DNA of 64,000 bases from Klebsormidium nitens (taxonomy: Eukaryota > Plantae > Klebsormidiophyceae): contig DF237312.1 in the NCBI GenBank assembly GCA_000708835.1, positions 34,625-98,624 on the forward strand. Direction: 5' to 3'. Shown here piece after piece: positions 47,926 to 61,406 of the stretch (the stretch's first letter is position 1; each line of letters starts with the position of its first letter). Both the position numbers and the translations under genes were made by a program. The notes under the pieces are model-generated. The model saw nothing but the letters and a program-made list of their open reading frames with translations. It searched no databases and was not told the DNA's origin.

Positions 47926-50900
47926 ATTGGGTGGTGGGTAGGGGAAGCTGGTGCTGGAGTGGGAAGCACCAGCCGGTGCGCATTTGGGAGACGTACGTCA
48001 GCGGAAAGTCCAGCTTCCGACGAGGTACTGAAGCGAATTGAGAAAGTTTTTTGGTTCATAAGCCTTTGTAGAGTGGCGCGCGGAGTTCAACAATGTTGTT
48101 TATTGTTAGCAGTTCTTTGCAAGAACGAACAAAGGGACTCGCGGTGGAGAGTGAGGTCTCAAAGGGCCTCCATTTATCTTTCGCGACAAATCTCTCGTGA
48201 CGAGAATCAGAAAAGAGGCCTCTCGCTAAGTTTCCGAGTACTGACATGCACGCGTTGTCGAAGGTACTCACGACCAGTTGTCCTGAAGAATGCATGACTG
48301 CCTTCCTGATAATCGTGTTTGCTTCATTTAGCAGGCCGACACAAACGATCGAAGCTGGACTGAAGTGACACCGCGAGAGAACAAGGCCCGCCACGCGAGC
48401 GGTCGCGGGCCAGTATAGATCAGCCCCCGTAGTTACGTAAGCTGTCTAGCATGAAGTTGCTTGATGTAGGAACAGGTTGTTATTTGTGTCGGTTGCGCAA
48501 GAACCGGCTTCGAGCTGCTGAGACGACGGAAAACGTCATCAAGAACTGGCTGCAGAAGGGGAAGAAAGTGGCGCTTTTATAGTGGCACTTTAAAGGCGCG
48601 GCCGGGCCGTCCCACACGTGTGCCAGAGCTTGAATCTTTCACAGCAACAGGAAGGTGGACGCAGCAGAAACGGGCCAATCTAAAGTGCGCTAGAGTCAAA
48701 AGGACTTTGGGAGAGCTTTGGAAAAATCTGGGAGAGCTTGTGACTTGACCCTTTCTGATTGGTCTGTTCGGCTGCTGTCAAGTACAAAGTTATACTTGCC
48801 TCAGACTTTGCGCTTAACACCTGCAAGGGAGTAATTCAGTCAAGGAAGGGGTCACACCTTTTCACCAAACTTACCGTGCTGAAAGAACTTGCTGCTTGGC
48901 AACGATTGCAAATACTTCGACCTCGTAGTCAGGCCTGGGAGAAACGTGATCCAAACGGTCTTGCATCCAAAAAATATCATCGATGTGAAGCTCGACAACG
49001 ACGACATCCGCTGCTCAGCTTCCAAATTGATTTGCACGGGTAGGTGCAGACTCGAACCGTCCCTCGTCCAAGAAGATGCTCTCTATCGCAGGTGTTGCCC
49101 AGCTGCCTTCACCCCATATTCAGCACTACGCCGCACGCCCTGCGCTCTGCTCCAATCCAACTTCGGCGCCGCGGCCGCGGTTTCCACCCCTCAAACAGAC
49201 GCAAACAACGCACACGCGCGCCCCCATCCTCCCCTAAACCGTCAAAAACCCATGCGAAGTACAGCGAACACCGGCAGGCAGCATGTACCGGTTCTTTTCA
49301 AAGGGAGCGGCACTTCAGGCCCTTCCACTTCCGCACCGACATCGGAACACCCCTGGTTGGACGCTCGTTCTTGCTCTCCGTTGCTGCTAACTTAGCTCCT
49401 GGGCCAAGGAGACGGCCATACTACCGGACCGCTACCCGACGTGAGCATTTCAGACCAAGAGGCTGGCCCTAAGTGAATTGGGGTCCAACGGAAATCTACT
49501 CGAAAGGGGCCGCGCCCCCGCTCCCAGCAGTGCGGACCGTCCTCGGACGGGCCTCCAACAGCCCCCGTTGGATATACAGTTCCTGGCGGATGTCACGTGT
49601 TGGAGGACGAGCGCACGAGCCGCAGCCACGTGGAGCGCAATACTTCTCGGACGTCGAGGGAGCGGCCGGTAGGGACCGCATCGCAGTGGAGCTGCTTTTC
49701 TGTGTTGCGGACGCCCGAGTTCCTTTAAACGCGAGGCTGTGGCGGCGGCCGCCGTTCCTTCGCCGCACCCTCCGGACGCCCCTGTATAAGACCCCGGCCT
49801 AACTCAGAAGCTCCCGAGCCTCCGGTGACCGGTGCACCGCGGGCCTGGGCATCGCCGGGCCCAAATTGGAGCCCAGCGCATGAGCCGGAGAGCTGTTTCC
49901 CATGCGAGGACAAACGGAAAAGCAACCACAGGGTCGCAAGAATTCAATGAGGGTCGACACGAGGGGTGGGAGAAGCCGCAAACGGCTCGGGCCCGGCTCG
50001 GGGTTAGGGCGGCAGACGGAAGAGGAAGCGGACCGGACGGACACTACCCCGACCGAAAGCCGACCCAGGCTGCGAACTAATTGCTGTGCCTTGACTGCAC
50101 CAGGCCTACGTGCAGTAGGAGAATGGAAGCGTGCTGAAGCTGTGTGACAGTTTGATCAGATGCCGATGATGCCCAAACAGGATGAGCAAACTCATGCCAG
50201 CTCGTGCAATATTGCTCGATCCGTTGTAAAGTATTAGTCGTATATTTGTTTAGGATGAAGGAACCGTAGGCAGCACGGCAGCCTGGCAGTCTCAGACCCC
50301 TCTCAGATGCTCTTCCTACCTGCAGAATACTTGACAACATGCACGATGTCCGGTAGCTGCTGTAACATGCCATGATGCACCCACATACCACACAAGTCGG
50401 ATGATGCTTTGTATCACCGCTTGGCTGGATGTAATGAATCTCACTGGCAAGTAAATATGCGGTGACGGCTTACTGACTTAAGATATGCCATTTATCCGGA
50501 AATCACGCCAGGCCGCGCCCGAAGACCCATACAATTCGAATCCGGCTGGTTCTTGGCAATCTGAGCACCGGGCGGTTATTAGTAAGTAGCATGCACTGAT
50601 GCACGATCCTCACTTGGATGATTGGACATGTGCATAATGTATCTCCGCCTTTGCCGTTACATTGATCTTACTTCACAATGAACCCCATCAATTAAAAAGC
50701 ATAAGTGTTTCAGTGGCCGCGTTTTGCTGCGCGGACCTGTTGCGCCCCGCCCGGCCGGACAATTGACACCACTACAATAAACGAATTGAGGATTGAAACC
50801 GGTTCGATTTGCAGCTTAATCTGCCCCAGTGCGCATGGCCTTTGTACTCGATGCAATCATTATGGATTTTTCCGGTTCAAACCATTCTATTCGCGTAGTA

Positions 50901-51429
50901 CAACCTGATTAGCTGTGCGGGACCAAATGCCAGGCAAGCGCGTGCAATTAATGATCCAAACTTAGTGCAGCAATTCTCCGTGATCGGCACCAAACATCAA
51001 CGTACGCATACAATCCTACACAACTGGGAGGGGCGGCGGTCGACGATTGACGTCTTGTTCCTAGTGTTCAGATTAGAAACAAGAGAGTACGTTGAGCTGG
51101 AGAGTGATTGTTAGATAAACATACAATCGTCAAACAATGAACTAAAGATGTTGCTTCGTAAAGTCGCGTTTATCAACGTGATCCTGACGATAGTCCATGC
51201 AATAATTATGTGCTATATTACGTTAAAACCAGGCTAAAAGGTATATCGATGAGATCTCGATTCGGGCAAACAAAGATGCCAATACGGCCCACTTCTACAC
51301 AGTTTTGTCACTTGATGGATATTTCCGTAGTACTTACGTGCAAGTAGTAAGACCTAATGATAAACGAACCAGACCGGACCAAAGGGAGCGCGTAAAGGCG
51401 CCGTGTCAAGTTGCTCCATAATAATGAAC

Positions 51430-52270
51430 AGTCGTCAGACTAAACACACGTTCTAAAGTCCGCTCGGAACTTTACATATGTGGTAGCACAATACTTGGGT
51501 CAGGGTCCACAAGTTGGAGCCGGTCCCACCATTGATCGAAGCCGTCCCAGCCAGCGGTCCAGCCACCGTCCTCCAACAGAGCCCTTTGCTGCGAAAAAAA
51601 CAAAGCTTTTCAATTCAGCTGTTACTAAGTCAGCACAAGGAGTTTTTGCAAAGAACGACCATCCGGCGAGCTGCGTCTTGGATTTCAACCCTAGAGCCAA
51701 GGCGCATATATTGGTGTCAAAGCCGTTTTGCCAGCGGCCGAAGGGCATCTTCGTTTCCGTCTCCTGATCTCCAGCCGGTCTCGCAGCAAACATGACTTCC
51801 GATTGAGATGCCAACTATCTGACGCTGACGTGCTTACGTGCACTCAACATTGTCTGGTTGTTTCGGCCGGACCGTTGAAGAAGATGACAAAACTGTGAGT
51901 TCACACTCGCATCCCATGGTCGGTTGGTAGGTTCTTGAAACCAGACCTAAATCAGCTTCTGTCGCGCAGACCTTCGAAGCCGACACCAAGCCCAGCCTAG
52001 ACCAGCCTTGTAAACGGTCAGACTGGCCAAATTGTAAGCCGCACCAAAAGAAGGTTCCAAGACGATGCAAAAAAGGCAAAAGCGCTTCTTGTCAGGCAGA
52101 CTCTCGCCTCAAGTTGCAAGTCGCGCTGCCAGCGTGATAAAGCCCAAAGATCGGAATCAAAGCTTGACAGGGTCCCGCTGGAAGCCAGAAATTACCAGTC
52201 GCCGCCCTGGTTTTCCACCCGAGGCGAGGGGGCTGCCCCCTACCTTCATAAGCAGGCCCCCCAGCCCACT
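51430..52270. repeat. 3' flank of gene B, inverted homologue of 12400-13270
   Basis: See the 12400-13270 entry. Confidence 0.8.
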
Positions 52271-52483
52271 CATGCACGCAACACGTGTGGCGTTGCAGCA
52301 GACCAACGTTTGAAAAGGGACTGCGCACGCGCTCTTCTCCGGGCTTCATAAGTTGGCCACTGCTTTCAATCCAAAACCCGCGTATCGGCTCAAAGGTCGC
52401 AGTATTAAAAAGGCCTTCTTTCGACCACACACTTGAATCCCGCGACACGCTCTCACCTTTGGTTGAAGCACTTGACGACGGCG

Positions 52484-55400
52484 CTAGCACGCCGCCTTGC
52501 ACATTCCATCGTTGCAACACGTTCTCCGGTTGGCCGGGCAGCTGAGTCCGTTGAAGTCGTAGCAGTTGGGGCACACCTGCTTCCCGGTGCTGTCGATTGG
52601 CTTGTTCATGCACTTCCCTGCGTTTCACACAGTTGAAACCTCGGGTTAAGCAAGGCAAGTCATCAACTGTCAAAACCAATTCCGCCAAGCGACAAACTCT
52701 TGTGGTTCTGCACCACTTTACACGGTCAGATCACTCTGCGTACAACCGATTCGCCCAGTCATCTCCCAAGGTTGCATATCATTGAGTCTGTCAATATCAG
52801 AACGCCTACCCTGCACACAGAACTTGCCGCTTCGAAACGTGGGAGAATCCAAATCGCGATATGGTTCGAGCGTGTTTGGGATCTTCGGCAAGTATGTAAA
52901 TGTCAGGCAATCAACCGGGACGGCATTGGGTACTGCGGCCGAAAGTCGGCAAGTTTCAGGGCTCCAGCATCTACTGGTTGGACCCACACTTTAGAACAAG
53001 GCCATTTCACTTACCAGTATTGCCGCTGTAGTCCTCAGTGCAGCAAAACCCTCTCGGGCAGTCGCCGGAACCGAGGCAACTGCAGCTGAGGTCGTCTGCC
53101 GCGCATTCTCCGTATGGGCAACACACGCTCTTGTTAGCGGGGCAGCTCGCGCCATTGAAGTCGGTACAGTACGGGCACACTTGGGTGCCGTTGGCGAGGA
53201 CGGGTGTGTCCGTGCAGACGCCTGCGTCAGCAGCTAGGCTCGTGAGTCTTTCAAGGTACATCACTCCTAGGTGAAGGTGCGCAGTCAACCGAGTGACCTT
53301 CTCGGATTCGATGTGGGCCTGGAAACGCTAGTCTAACGGCAGCCTTGGTCTTGGATCACAATTGAAAACGTAACGCCAATCGGATCAGCTTTTGATGCTT
53401 CATAAATCGAATCATCCTGGAAAAGGGCCGGTCAGAGATAGTAAAGATTGAGAACGGGTTCCCGGATCGTGACACTTGCGCAACCGGGCACCGGGCCATC
53501 GAATCGTACGATCCCCTTGTCCCAACACAACAACAGTCCTGGCACGTCTTCAGTGGAGGCGCTCCAATAGCACGTGGCCAAAGTGAAAGCTGTTCCGTAG
53601 CCAGTACGACTGGCGTTCATTGGGGAAGTACTTGGACTCACCTCCTTGCAGCGTCGTCTCGTACTCGTGGGTGCAGCAGTAGCTGTACGGGCAATCACCG
53701 GGGCCGCGACACGGACAGGAGGCTTCAGATGCGGCGCACTGACCCAATGGGCAGCACGTCCCTTTGCTGGCGGGGCAGCTCAGCCCGTACCAATAATTGC
53801 AGTTCGGACACACCTGCTTGCCGCTGCTGTTGATGGGGGCGTTCGTGCATTTCCCTGCAAGGACACGCGTTCTTTTGTAGCATGTTGGCTTACGACAACA
53901 ATGATGAAGTAAGGGAAGCCCAATGGGACAATCGTTGATGGAGTGACTAGACACCCACCCAAGCGGAAAAAAAGCAGACCTACATCGATTGACGACCTTC
54001 AAGGCACTAAGATAGAGAAGCTTGGGTGTGGGTGACTGGCAATCATTGTCGGTGCGATTAACAGGAAATTTGAATCTCCTCAAGCATCCGTGCCGTCGTA
54101 GCACCCATTCAAAGCTCTTCGGCAAATTGGAGAACAATCATGTTTGAGAGCGATAAAAGCTTCCAGCGTTGCATGGAATACTGAGCAAACCATTCTAACT
54201 TCAGGTCCCAACCGTTGGTAACGGCGCTGAGATCCGCGGGAGTACGCTAGAAAGTTTTCACAAAGGAAAATTCTTGCCGACCAGAGGCAACTTGGCCGCC
54301 GAGTCATTGAGTCGATGGCGCATATCAGTGAGAAAGCAATCCCCACTATCAAAGTCGAAACGGACCGGAATCAATAATCACCTGTGGTGCCGGAACCCTC
54401 TTCCGTGCAGCAGTAACCGGAGGGGCATTGGCCGGAATCCTGACATGTGCAGGCAGCGTTGCTTGCGGCGCAAAGCCCATTTGGGCAGCATGTCCTCTTG
54501 CCGGCCGGGCAGCTGCCGCCGTTCAGACTGTTACAATTCGGGCAGACCTGTGTGCCGTTTGCAAGGACCGGCGAGCTGAAACAGGAACCTGCCAGCGGCA
54601 CAAGATGTCAATGAAGCCATGGCTGGTTCTCGTTGGTTCGGAAGAAGCTTTTGCCAGCTTGTTTTTGCCACACTTTTGCCAGCTACTTTGAAGAACTTCC
54701 AAGATAGAAGCAGTCATAGTGGCCGCGGAGTGTGAGAACGGGACCCTCGAGTCTTGGATTTTGCGCAACCGGACAACGACCATTATAACCCCTACTCCAA
54801 CGCAAATCCCGGCATGTCATTCGTGGAGGCGGCCCTAGAGCTGGCTGACAAACTCAAACTTAGAGAGCTGTCCCTTGTGAAAAACGTGAAAGTACGTTCC
54901 GCGTTCGTCAGAATTATAAGTCGGGCTCATACTCACCTTGCACGAAATCCCCGGTGGACGTGTACTCGTACTCGCGGCTACAGCAGTAGTTGGGGGGGCA
55001 AGAATCGGATGCTTTACACGGGCACGAAGCTTCCGACGCGGCACACTGCCCCGAATACGCGCAGCACGTTGCTTTGCTGGCGGGGCAGCTCACCGTATAC
55101 CAATAGTTGCAGTCCGGACACACCTGCTTGCCACTGCTGTTGATGGGGGCGTTCGTGCATTTGCCTGCAAGGACATGTCTCTTGAGACAATGTTGGCTGG
55201 GAAATTTCAAGAGTCTAAACTGACACCTTGAAGGCAATTGATTCTAGACAGGGTTAAAATGACGATCCCTGATCGTTGGTGCAATCGAAGTGAGTTCTGC
55301 AACTTGGCGCGCGCTTTATTGCCGTCGTACACCATCTGCCGCTTTCGAAAGTCGCCGAGCTAGGACGGCGAATTGGACGACAACTTGCTTAAGAAGTATT

Positions 55401-58400
55401 GAAGCTTCCAGAGGATCATGGGATGCCGGGCAGACCTTTCTAGATTCGTATATTGCATTAGGGTTGAGTCTTAGCCGTTCAGGATAGGCACTGGGATCCA
55501 CGGGGGTACAACGTTGTGTAGAAAGGAACATCCGATCCGCAGCCCGGCCGCCACGTGAACAAATCGATGGTTCGTATTACTGAACAGCCGACCAACGTTT
55601 CTCAATCAAAGTCAGCAATTTACAAAGATCACCTGTGTTGCCGGAGCTTTCTTCCGTGCAGCAGTAACCCTCCGGGCAGTCATATGAACCCTGGCAGGTG
55701 CAGCCGGCATAATTTGCGGCGCAGAGCCCGTTTGGGCAGCACGACTTCCTGTTGGCCGGGCACTTGAGGCCGTTCAAGTTATAGCAGTTCGGGCAGATTT
55801 GTGTGCCATTTGGAAGGATCGGCGAGTTGTAACAAGTACCTGCAAGCGCGTCGCTTAGAAATCAGATATCCATCAGACAAGTTGCCGGTTCTCGTCGCTT
55901 TGCTTTGTTCGTCAAAGGTATGAGGCAAAGGCAATTGTCACAAAGTTTTGGGCGGCAGAACGACAAAGAGCGAGCGGTCACAGGCGAAACAAATTTGAGT
56001 GGATTGAAACTTGGATGAAGGAACGACGTCGAGGGGTCGTTGGTTAGAGAGTGCGAGATATGGTAGCGGCTCAAGGTTCAAATTCAAAGGGATTGATTAT
56101 GACGAGATTTTGAAGCGCGTCATGCATGTCCAAATACATCCGAAAAGAGAATGGCACTAAATCTAGCTACACTACCTCCTGAAGAAACAAACATCATTCG
56201 CATCAGCATGTCCTTTGACTGCTCTAGCAGTCGAAGGGAACTTGTGTTTGAGTAAGAAGTCTACTTTTGGGAAAAGCACTTTTGCCAGCTACTTTGGAGA
56301 CTTTCGAGATAGAAGCAATCTTAGAAACAGTCATAAAGGCCGTAGAGTGTGAGAACGGGACCCTTGAGTCTCAGTTTTGCGCCACCAGACAATGGATTAT
56401 AAAAGCCCCTACTCCAAATCGTAAAATTGCAACCCCGGCATGTCTTACGTGGAGGCGCTCCAATAGCTGGCCGCCAAACTTACAGAGCTGTTCCCTGCTA
56501 AAAACGTGGAGTACGTTCTGCGTTCGTCGGGATTACATTTCGGAGTTACTCACCCTGCACGAACTCGCCCTCTGGGGAATATTCGTACTGGCGGCTGCAG
56601 CAATTGTTGGGCGGGCAATATCCTTCGCCAATACATGGGCAAGAGCTTGCCGACACAGCGCACTCCCCCGATGGGCAGCACGTCCCTTTGCTGGCAGGGC
56701 AGCTGAGCCCATTCCAATCATTGCATTGAGGACACACCTGCTTGCCACTGCTGTTGATGGGGGCGTTCGTGCACCTCCCTGCAAGGTCGCGCGGCTTTAA
56801 GAAACATGTTGGACTGGAACAATAAGAGGATGGTCACATCAGAAAGTTCAGATGAGAAACTTAGCCAGGTACGATTATGAACGTGATGAGTGACTAACCA
56901 TCACCCCAAAATAGAAAGCTGACACATATCAAACATCAGCTGGAAGCCCTTGAGGTGGAAAATAGTGTCCTAGCGCCGGAAGGCCGGGCCTTGAGGAAGA
57001 CTGAGCATATTAGGGCTGCGACAACCATGATCAAATCTGTAGCTCTAGACAGATGGAACCAGCAAGACGCCTAATTGACGTCTGATCATATGTGACCATT
57101 CTATCGTGAGGTTTTGTGAGAGGCATCCAAGAATTAGCAGTACGATGACGCACAACCCTACATTTGCAAAACAAGGACGGCCTCGATCTGAACTCCAGAG
57201 TGACGATCTACAAAAAAGGTCGCGACAGTCGACGTTCAGCCCTGTTCGAGGGCGTCGGCTTTGCATTTGTAGGCCGCACCGAGATTGCCACGATAGGAAT
57301 CCAAGGTGTACTAAGGAGCAAACCAATCGTTTGCGTCCTAGCCACCACCTCATCAAGTTTATGGCTGACCAGTCAGAATCCGGTCTTCATTCGGGCTTTC
57401 AGACGAAGGGCGACGAGACGACTCGCCTGTTTTGCCGGAACTTTCTTCCGTGCAGCAGTAGCCGGAGGGGCACTGGCCGGAGGTGGTGCAAGTGCAGCCA
57501 GCATTCGTTGGCGCGCACAACCCGTTTGGGCAGCACACCTTCTTGTTGGCTGGGCAACTGAGATCGTTGAAGTAGTTGCAATTCGCGCACTCCTGGGTGC
57601 CGTTGCTGAAGAAGGTCGTGCTTGAACAGTGTCCTAGACAAGGGAGTGAAAACACGTTGATCAACCAAGCGCCGTGAGCAAGCAAGAGCTGGGACGGCAG
57701 CCCTAGAGTGCCGGCTTCCATGCGTTCGAGGTAGGCCAGCCCTGTTTGCAAACGAGAAGGGACAAGCGGATAAACTCGGACGGAAAACGAGTGCCGAAAG
57801 TGTCCTAAGCAAGGGGATCACATCCGAAACAGCGCTGTGAGCATCCAAAGAAGTAGGGAGCAGTGCTGATTCACATGCGGAGACAATACTGCTTCCAAAG
57901 CGAAGGAAAAGAGGTGAGACACAGATCGGCTCCGCTGGAAATCGAGTAGAGCAGCAAGTGGCACAACTCCAGAAAAAAGGGTCAAAAAAATCTGCCCCAC
58001 AACTTACGTACGACCCTTCAATGAGACCTCGTTGGAATCCGGAAAACTGCTCACCAACGTTATCCTCGAAGAAGGCGGTGCAGCAATATTCTGGCGGGCA
58101 ATCCCCAGAGTAGACACAGGCGCAGTCGCTAGCCGATGCTTTGCACTGTCCGTCGAAGCAGCAGAAACCCAATTCAGGAGGGCAGGTCGGCCCATTGAAG
58201 TCGTTGCAATAGCGGCAGACTTGGGTTCCATTGGACAGTACTGGCACATTCGTGCAGACGCCTGGATAGGTGCGGGAACAGTTCGGTGACAGAAGACCTT
58301 TGACGAGGCAAAGTTGACACGTCATTGAGGAGTCAGAGAAGCTTGGCGGTTTCTCTGGTGTCTCTTTCCGGGTGTTCGTCGGTTCAACGAACGGTAGGAG

Positions 58401-61400
58401 AGGTTGAGGAGACCGGAGCAATAACAAGAGTGAGCTATGATTCCTTTTGGCGAAGTCCAGAAAGGTGTTCACAATGCAAGTATGCTACAGCGGATTTTGG
58501 TTGGAAACAAGCAGTCAAGGGCGCCCTTTGGGAAGGCATGTCCGCATGTCGGATGCCTAGTGAAATCTGCATCAAGTCATTGTCTTGACAATGGGCCAAG
58601 GTGTTCAGGGAGTTCACTTCAAGCTCAGCTCATTGCACATGCAGCCGAAATACTGAGAGAACTAAGAGGGGTAAATCTTTATCACCATCTTCAAGGGGCC
58701 GCCGCCGACTGTTGAGAGTGGCAATGACAACTTGAACTACAAAAGCAGATGAATTATTGTCCAACTCGGTACAACCCAGGTGATTCATCTTCGACCTTCG
58801 ACCTGGATTGAAAGCACAATCACGAATTTCCCGCCGTTTTCAAAACACGTTGACCTCTGGAACTGACCCTTCCGAAGACCTCCCGGACGACCCTTGTCAA
58901 ACAGGCTTACCGACTTTGCCAGTATACTCTTCGGTGCAGCAGCCTTTGTTCAACGGGCAATCACTGGTCGACCTGCACCTCCTCACAGGGGGTGGAGGTG
59001 GGGCCCGAAGCGGCGGGGGGGGATTGGGCGCGGGGAGAACCAAGGGTGGAGGATTCGCTTGGGGCATTGGTGGGGGGTTTTGAGTTGAGACTGGAGGGGG
59101 TGGCACGGCGCTCTGAGGTGGCGGGGGACGAATGGGAGGAGGCGGGATTTTCTTGGGGGGCGGAGGTGGGGAAAGCACGGCTTTGGGAGGGGGAGGGGCA
59201 CCGCTTGGAGGAGGGTTGAGTGGCGGCGGCGGAATTTTGCTTTGAGGAGGCGGGTTTGCTTTGGGAGGTGGAGGTTGTGAAACCACGACTTTTGGAGGGG
59301 GAGGGGCGCCGCGGGGGGCGGGTTAACTGGAGGGGGCGANNNNNNNNNNNNNNNNNNNNAGAGGGGGGGGGTTCAGCGGTGGGGGAGGGCTTTTCGTTTG
59401 AGGAGGCGGGTTTGCTTTAAGTGGGGGAGGTGCGCCACGTGGGGGAGGATTTACCGCTGGGGGCGAATTTCTGGTTTGAGGAGGCGGATTTGCTTTGGGG
59501 GGTGGAGGTTGTGTCAATGCTGTTTTTGGAGGGGGAAGGGCCCGGCTAGGAGGAGGGTTGAGCGCCGGGGGCGGGCTTTTGATTTGTGGAGGCGGGGATG
59601 AGGAAGCCACGGGACTTTGAGGCGGGGCACCCGTGGGCGGTGGATTCTTGAGTGGCGGACTACCTTGAGTTGGGGGAGGTTGAGAGAGCGCAACTTTTGG
59701 AGGTGGGGAACCGCTCAGAGGGGGAGGATTGCGAGGAGGTGGCGGGTTCTTAAATGAGGTTGGGGGAGGGGAAGAAGGCACGGGGCTCTGAGGGGGGGGC
59801 ACTTTGGGAGGAGAAGATTGGAGGATAGATGGAGGCGGATTGCTTTGAAGGATGGAAGATATTGCAGGTGGGGGAGGGCTCTTAGACGCGGTTGGGGGAG
59901 GGGAAGAAGGCACGGGGCTCTGAGGGGGGGGCACTTTGGGCAGGGGAGATTGGAGGACAGTAGGAGGCGGATTAGCTCTAAGGGGAGGAGGATTGCCAAG
60001 TGGCGGAGGGCTCTTGGACGCGGTTGGAGAAGGGGAAGACGGCACGGGACTTTGAGGGGGGGGCACTTTGGGCGAGGGAGATTGGAGAAGTGGTGGCGGG
60101 TTGGCTTTAAGTGGTGGAGGTTGAGAGAGCGTGAGGGTGGGAGGGGGAGAGGACGAAGCAGGTCGAGGGGGGGGGATGGAGCTTGTTGTTTTTGGTGGTG
60201 GGTTGGCATTAGGGGGCGGAGATGAGGCAAGACCGAGGTTTGAAGGAGGGGGGCTATTTGAGGGGAGAAAATTCGAAGGAGGGCTGTTGGTTTGAGAAGG
60301 GGGGGTGGGCAGATTGGCAGGTGGGGATAGGGGCACAGCCCTGGGCGGTGGGTTACTTTGCAAAGGGGGGGAGCCGCTGGCGCTAGTAGAAAGGGAAGTG
60401 GCGCTGGTGCTAGTAGAAAGGAGAGTGGCGCTCTCAGTAGGAAGGGGAAGGGGAATGCTGGGTAAGGGAGGAGAAGGAGAGGGACTGGATGGTGAAGGAG
60501 TTGGAGATGGGGGAGGGTTAGGCTGGGCAGATTGGAGCACAGGAGGCGGGGAGTTGGCTTGAAGAGCAGGAGGTGGGGTTTGCTCGCTTTTAGGTGGCGG
60601 GGACCTGCTTGAGGCTGTGCTCGCGGGGGGTGTCGGCTGGGGTGTTGTAGGCAGGGGTGTTGTAGGCAGGGGTGTTGTGGGCACGTTTGTAGGGGGAGGC
60701 TGCGAAGGGGAGGGAAGGCTGGTCCCCGGGGGGGGGGGATTTACGGGGAGGGTAGTCGGCTGGGGTGTTGTAGGCTGGGGTGTTGTAGGCCCATCTGTTG
60801 GGGGGGGCTGCAAAGGGGAGGGAAGGCTGGTTCCCTGGGGAGAGGGAATCACGGGGAGGGTAGTCGGCGAAGGCAATGTTGGTGGGCTTCCTGCAAAGTG
60901 GATCCAGAAAATGTTTTGGTGCACTATCAATTAGAAGGTTTTGCTGGGGGGTTTAACGAATCTCTTCGAATAGAAACATGTGCTATCCAGTAGTGAGACT
61001 GCACCACTCAACCGGACTTGAAACTGCCCGTCAGGACTGCTCATTGGTTACACTTGACCGTTCGGGTTGGTAACACTAGTCAGGGTGTGAAAATTGAAAA
61101 ACCATTATTTGTTTGCAGCAAGTTCTCTTGACGGCACTCTTAAGTCAGCCTAACCACAAGTCATCAATCACAAGGTACTGAAAAGGGGCCTGTTCATCGA
61201 GATTGTTTGAGAGCTTGAGCTGCGCCGCATTCAGACCAGAAAGGTTTTAGATTTGAAGCCATATTATAATGAACAGCACCAGGCTCCCAAGATCTAGTAT
61301 AGGATTCTTCACCTGTGGGTGGTCCTTGAGCTGCAGCAAGGTTCCGCGAGGCAGCCAGGATGTGTGCTCCTAGCACCAAGCAGAGCCACACCGAAATGGG

Positions 61401-61406
61401 AGCCAT
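52484..61406 (-). CDS. Gene B: secreted chimeric Pro-rich (extensin-like) protein with 9 tandem 12-Cys repeats (~1300 aa). Exons 61406-61313, 60890-58911, 58261-58055, 57633-57427, 56778-56554, 55839-55633, 55164-54937, 54588-54382, 53854-53642, 53221-53015, 52617-52484.
   Basis: Signal peptide MAPISVWLCLVLGAHILAAS; Pro-rich exon ending CRSTSDCPLNKGCCTEEYTGKVG; eight intact phase-1 exons (207, 207, 225, 207, 228, 207, 213, 207 nt); terminal CCNDGMCKAAC*. One donor is GC (57426). There is a 20-N gap and a nearby homopolymer frameshift in the Pro-rich exon. Confidence 0.88.
58980..60890 (-). repeat. Internally repetitive Pro-rich coding region: PTTPQ/PTTPL repeats, 3 copies of QSPxPKVPPPQSPVPSSxxPTxxKxPPP, and KANPPP repeats
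   Basis: Visible in the 535-aa ORF 59323-60930 and the 129-aa ORF 58897-59286. Confidence 0.9.
59340..59359. other. Small assembly gap (20 N) inside the Pro-rich exon
   Basis: Run of n. Confidence 1.

Larger units (their letters stand above)
44700..48270. repeat. Block X': inverted homologue of 14940-18400, interrupted by a gap and a hairpin
   Basis: See block X. Homology resumes on both sides of the gap (46535 corresponds to ~16205; 47275 corresponds to ~16130). Confidence 0.7.

Noticed and set aside
48759-50150. GC-rich region with several overlapping ORFs (e.g. 48889-49395)
   Set aside because: No recognisable domain and no consistent exon chain on either strand. It could be a gene or TE fragment but cannot be supported.
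50520-50560. TTCGAATCC B-box/T-loop-like motif suggesting a tRNA
   Set aside because: No cloverleaf stems or A-box upstream.
57399-58472. 357-aa minus-strand ORF
   Set aside because: Chance read-through of introns around two gene B exons; only the 58261-58055 part is in the coding frame.
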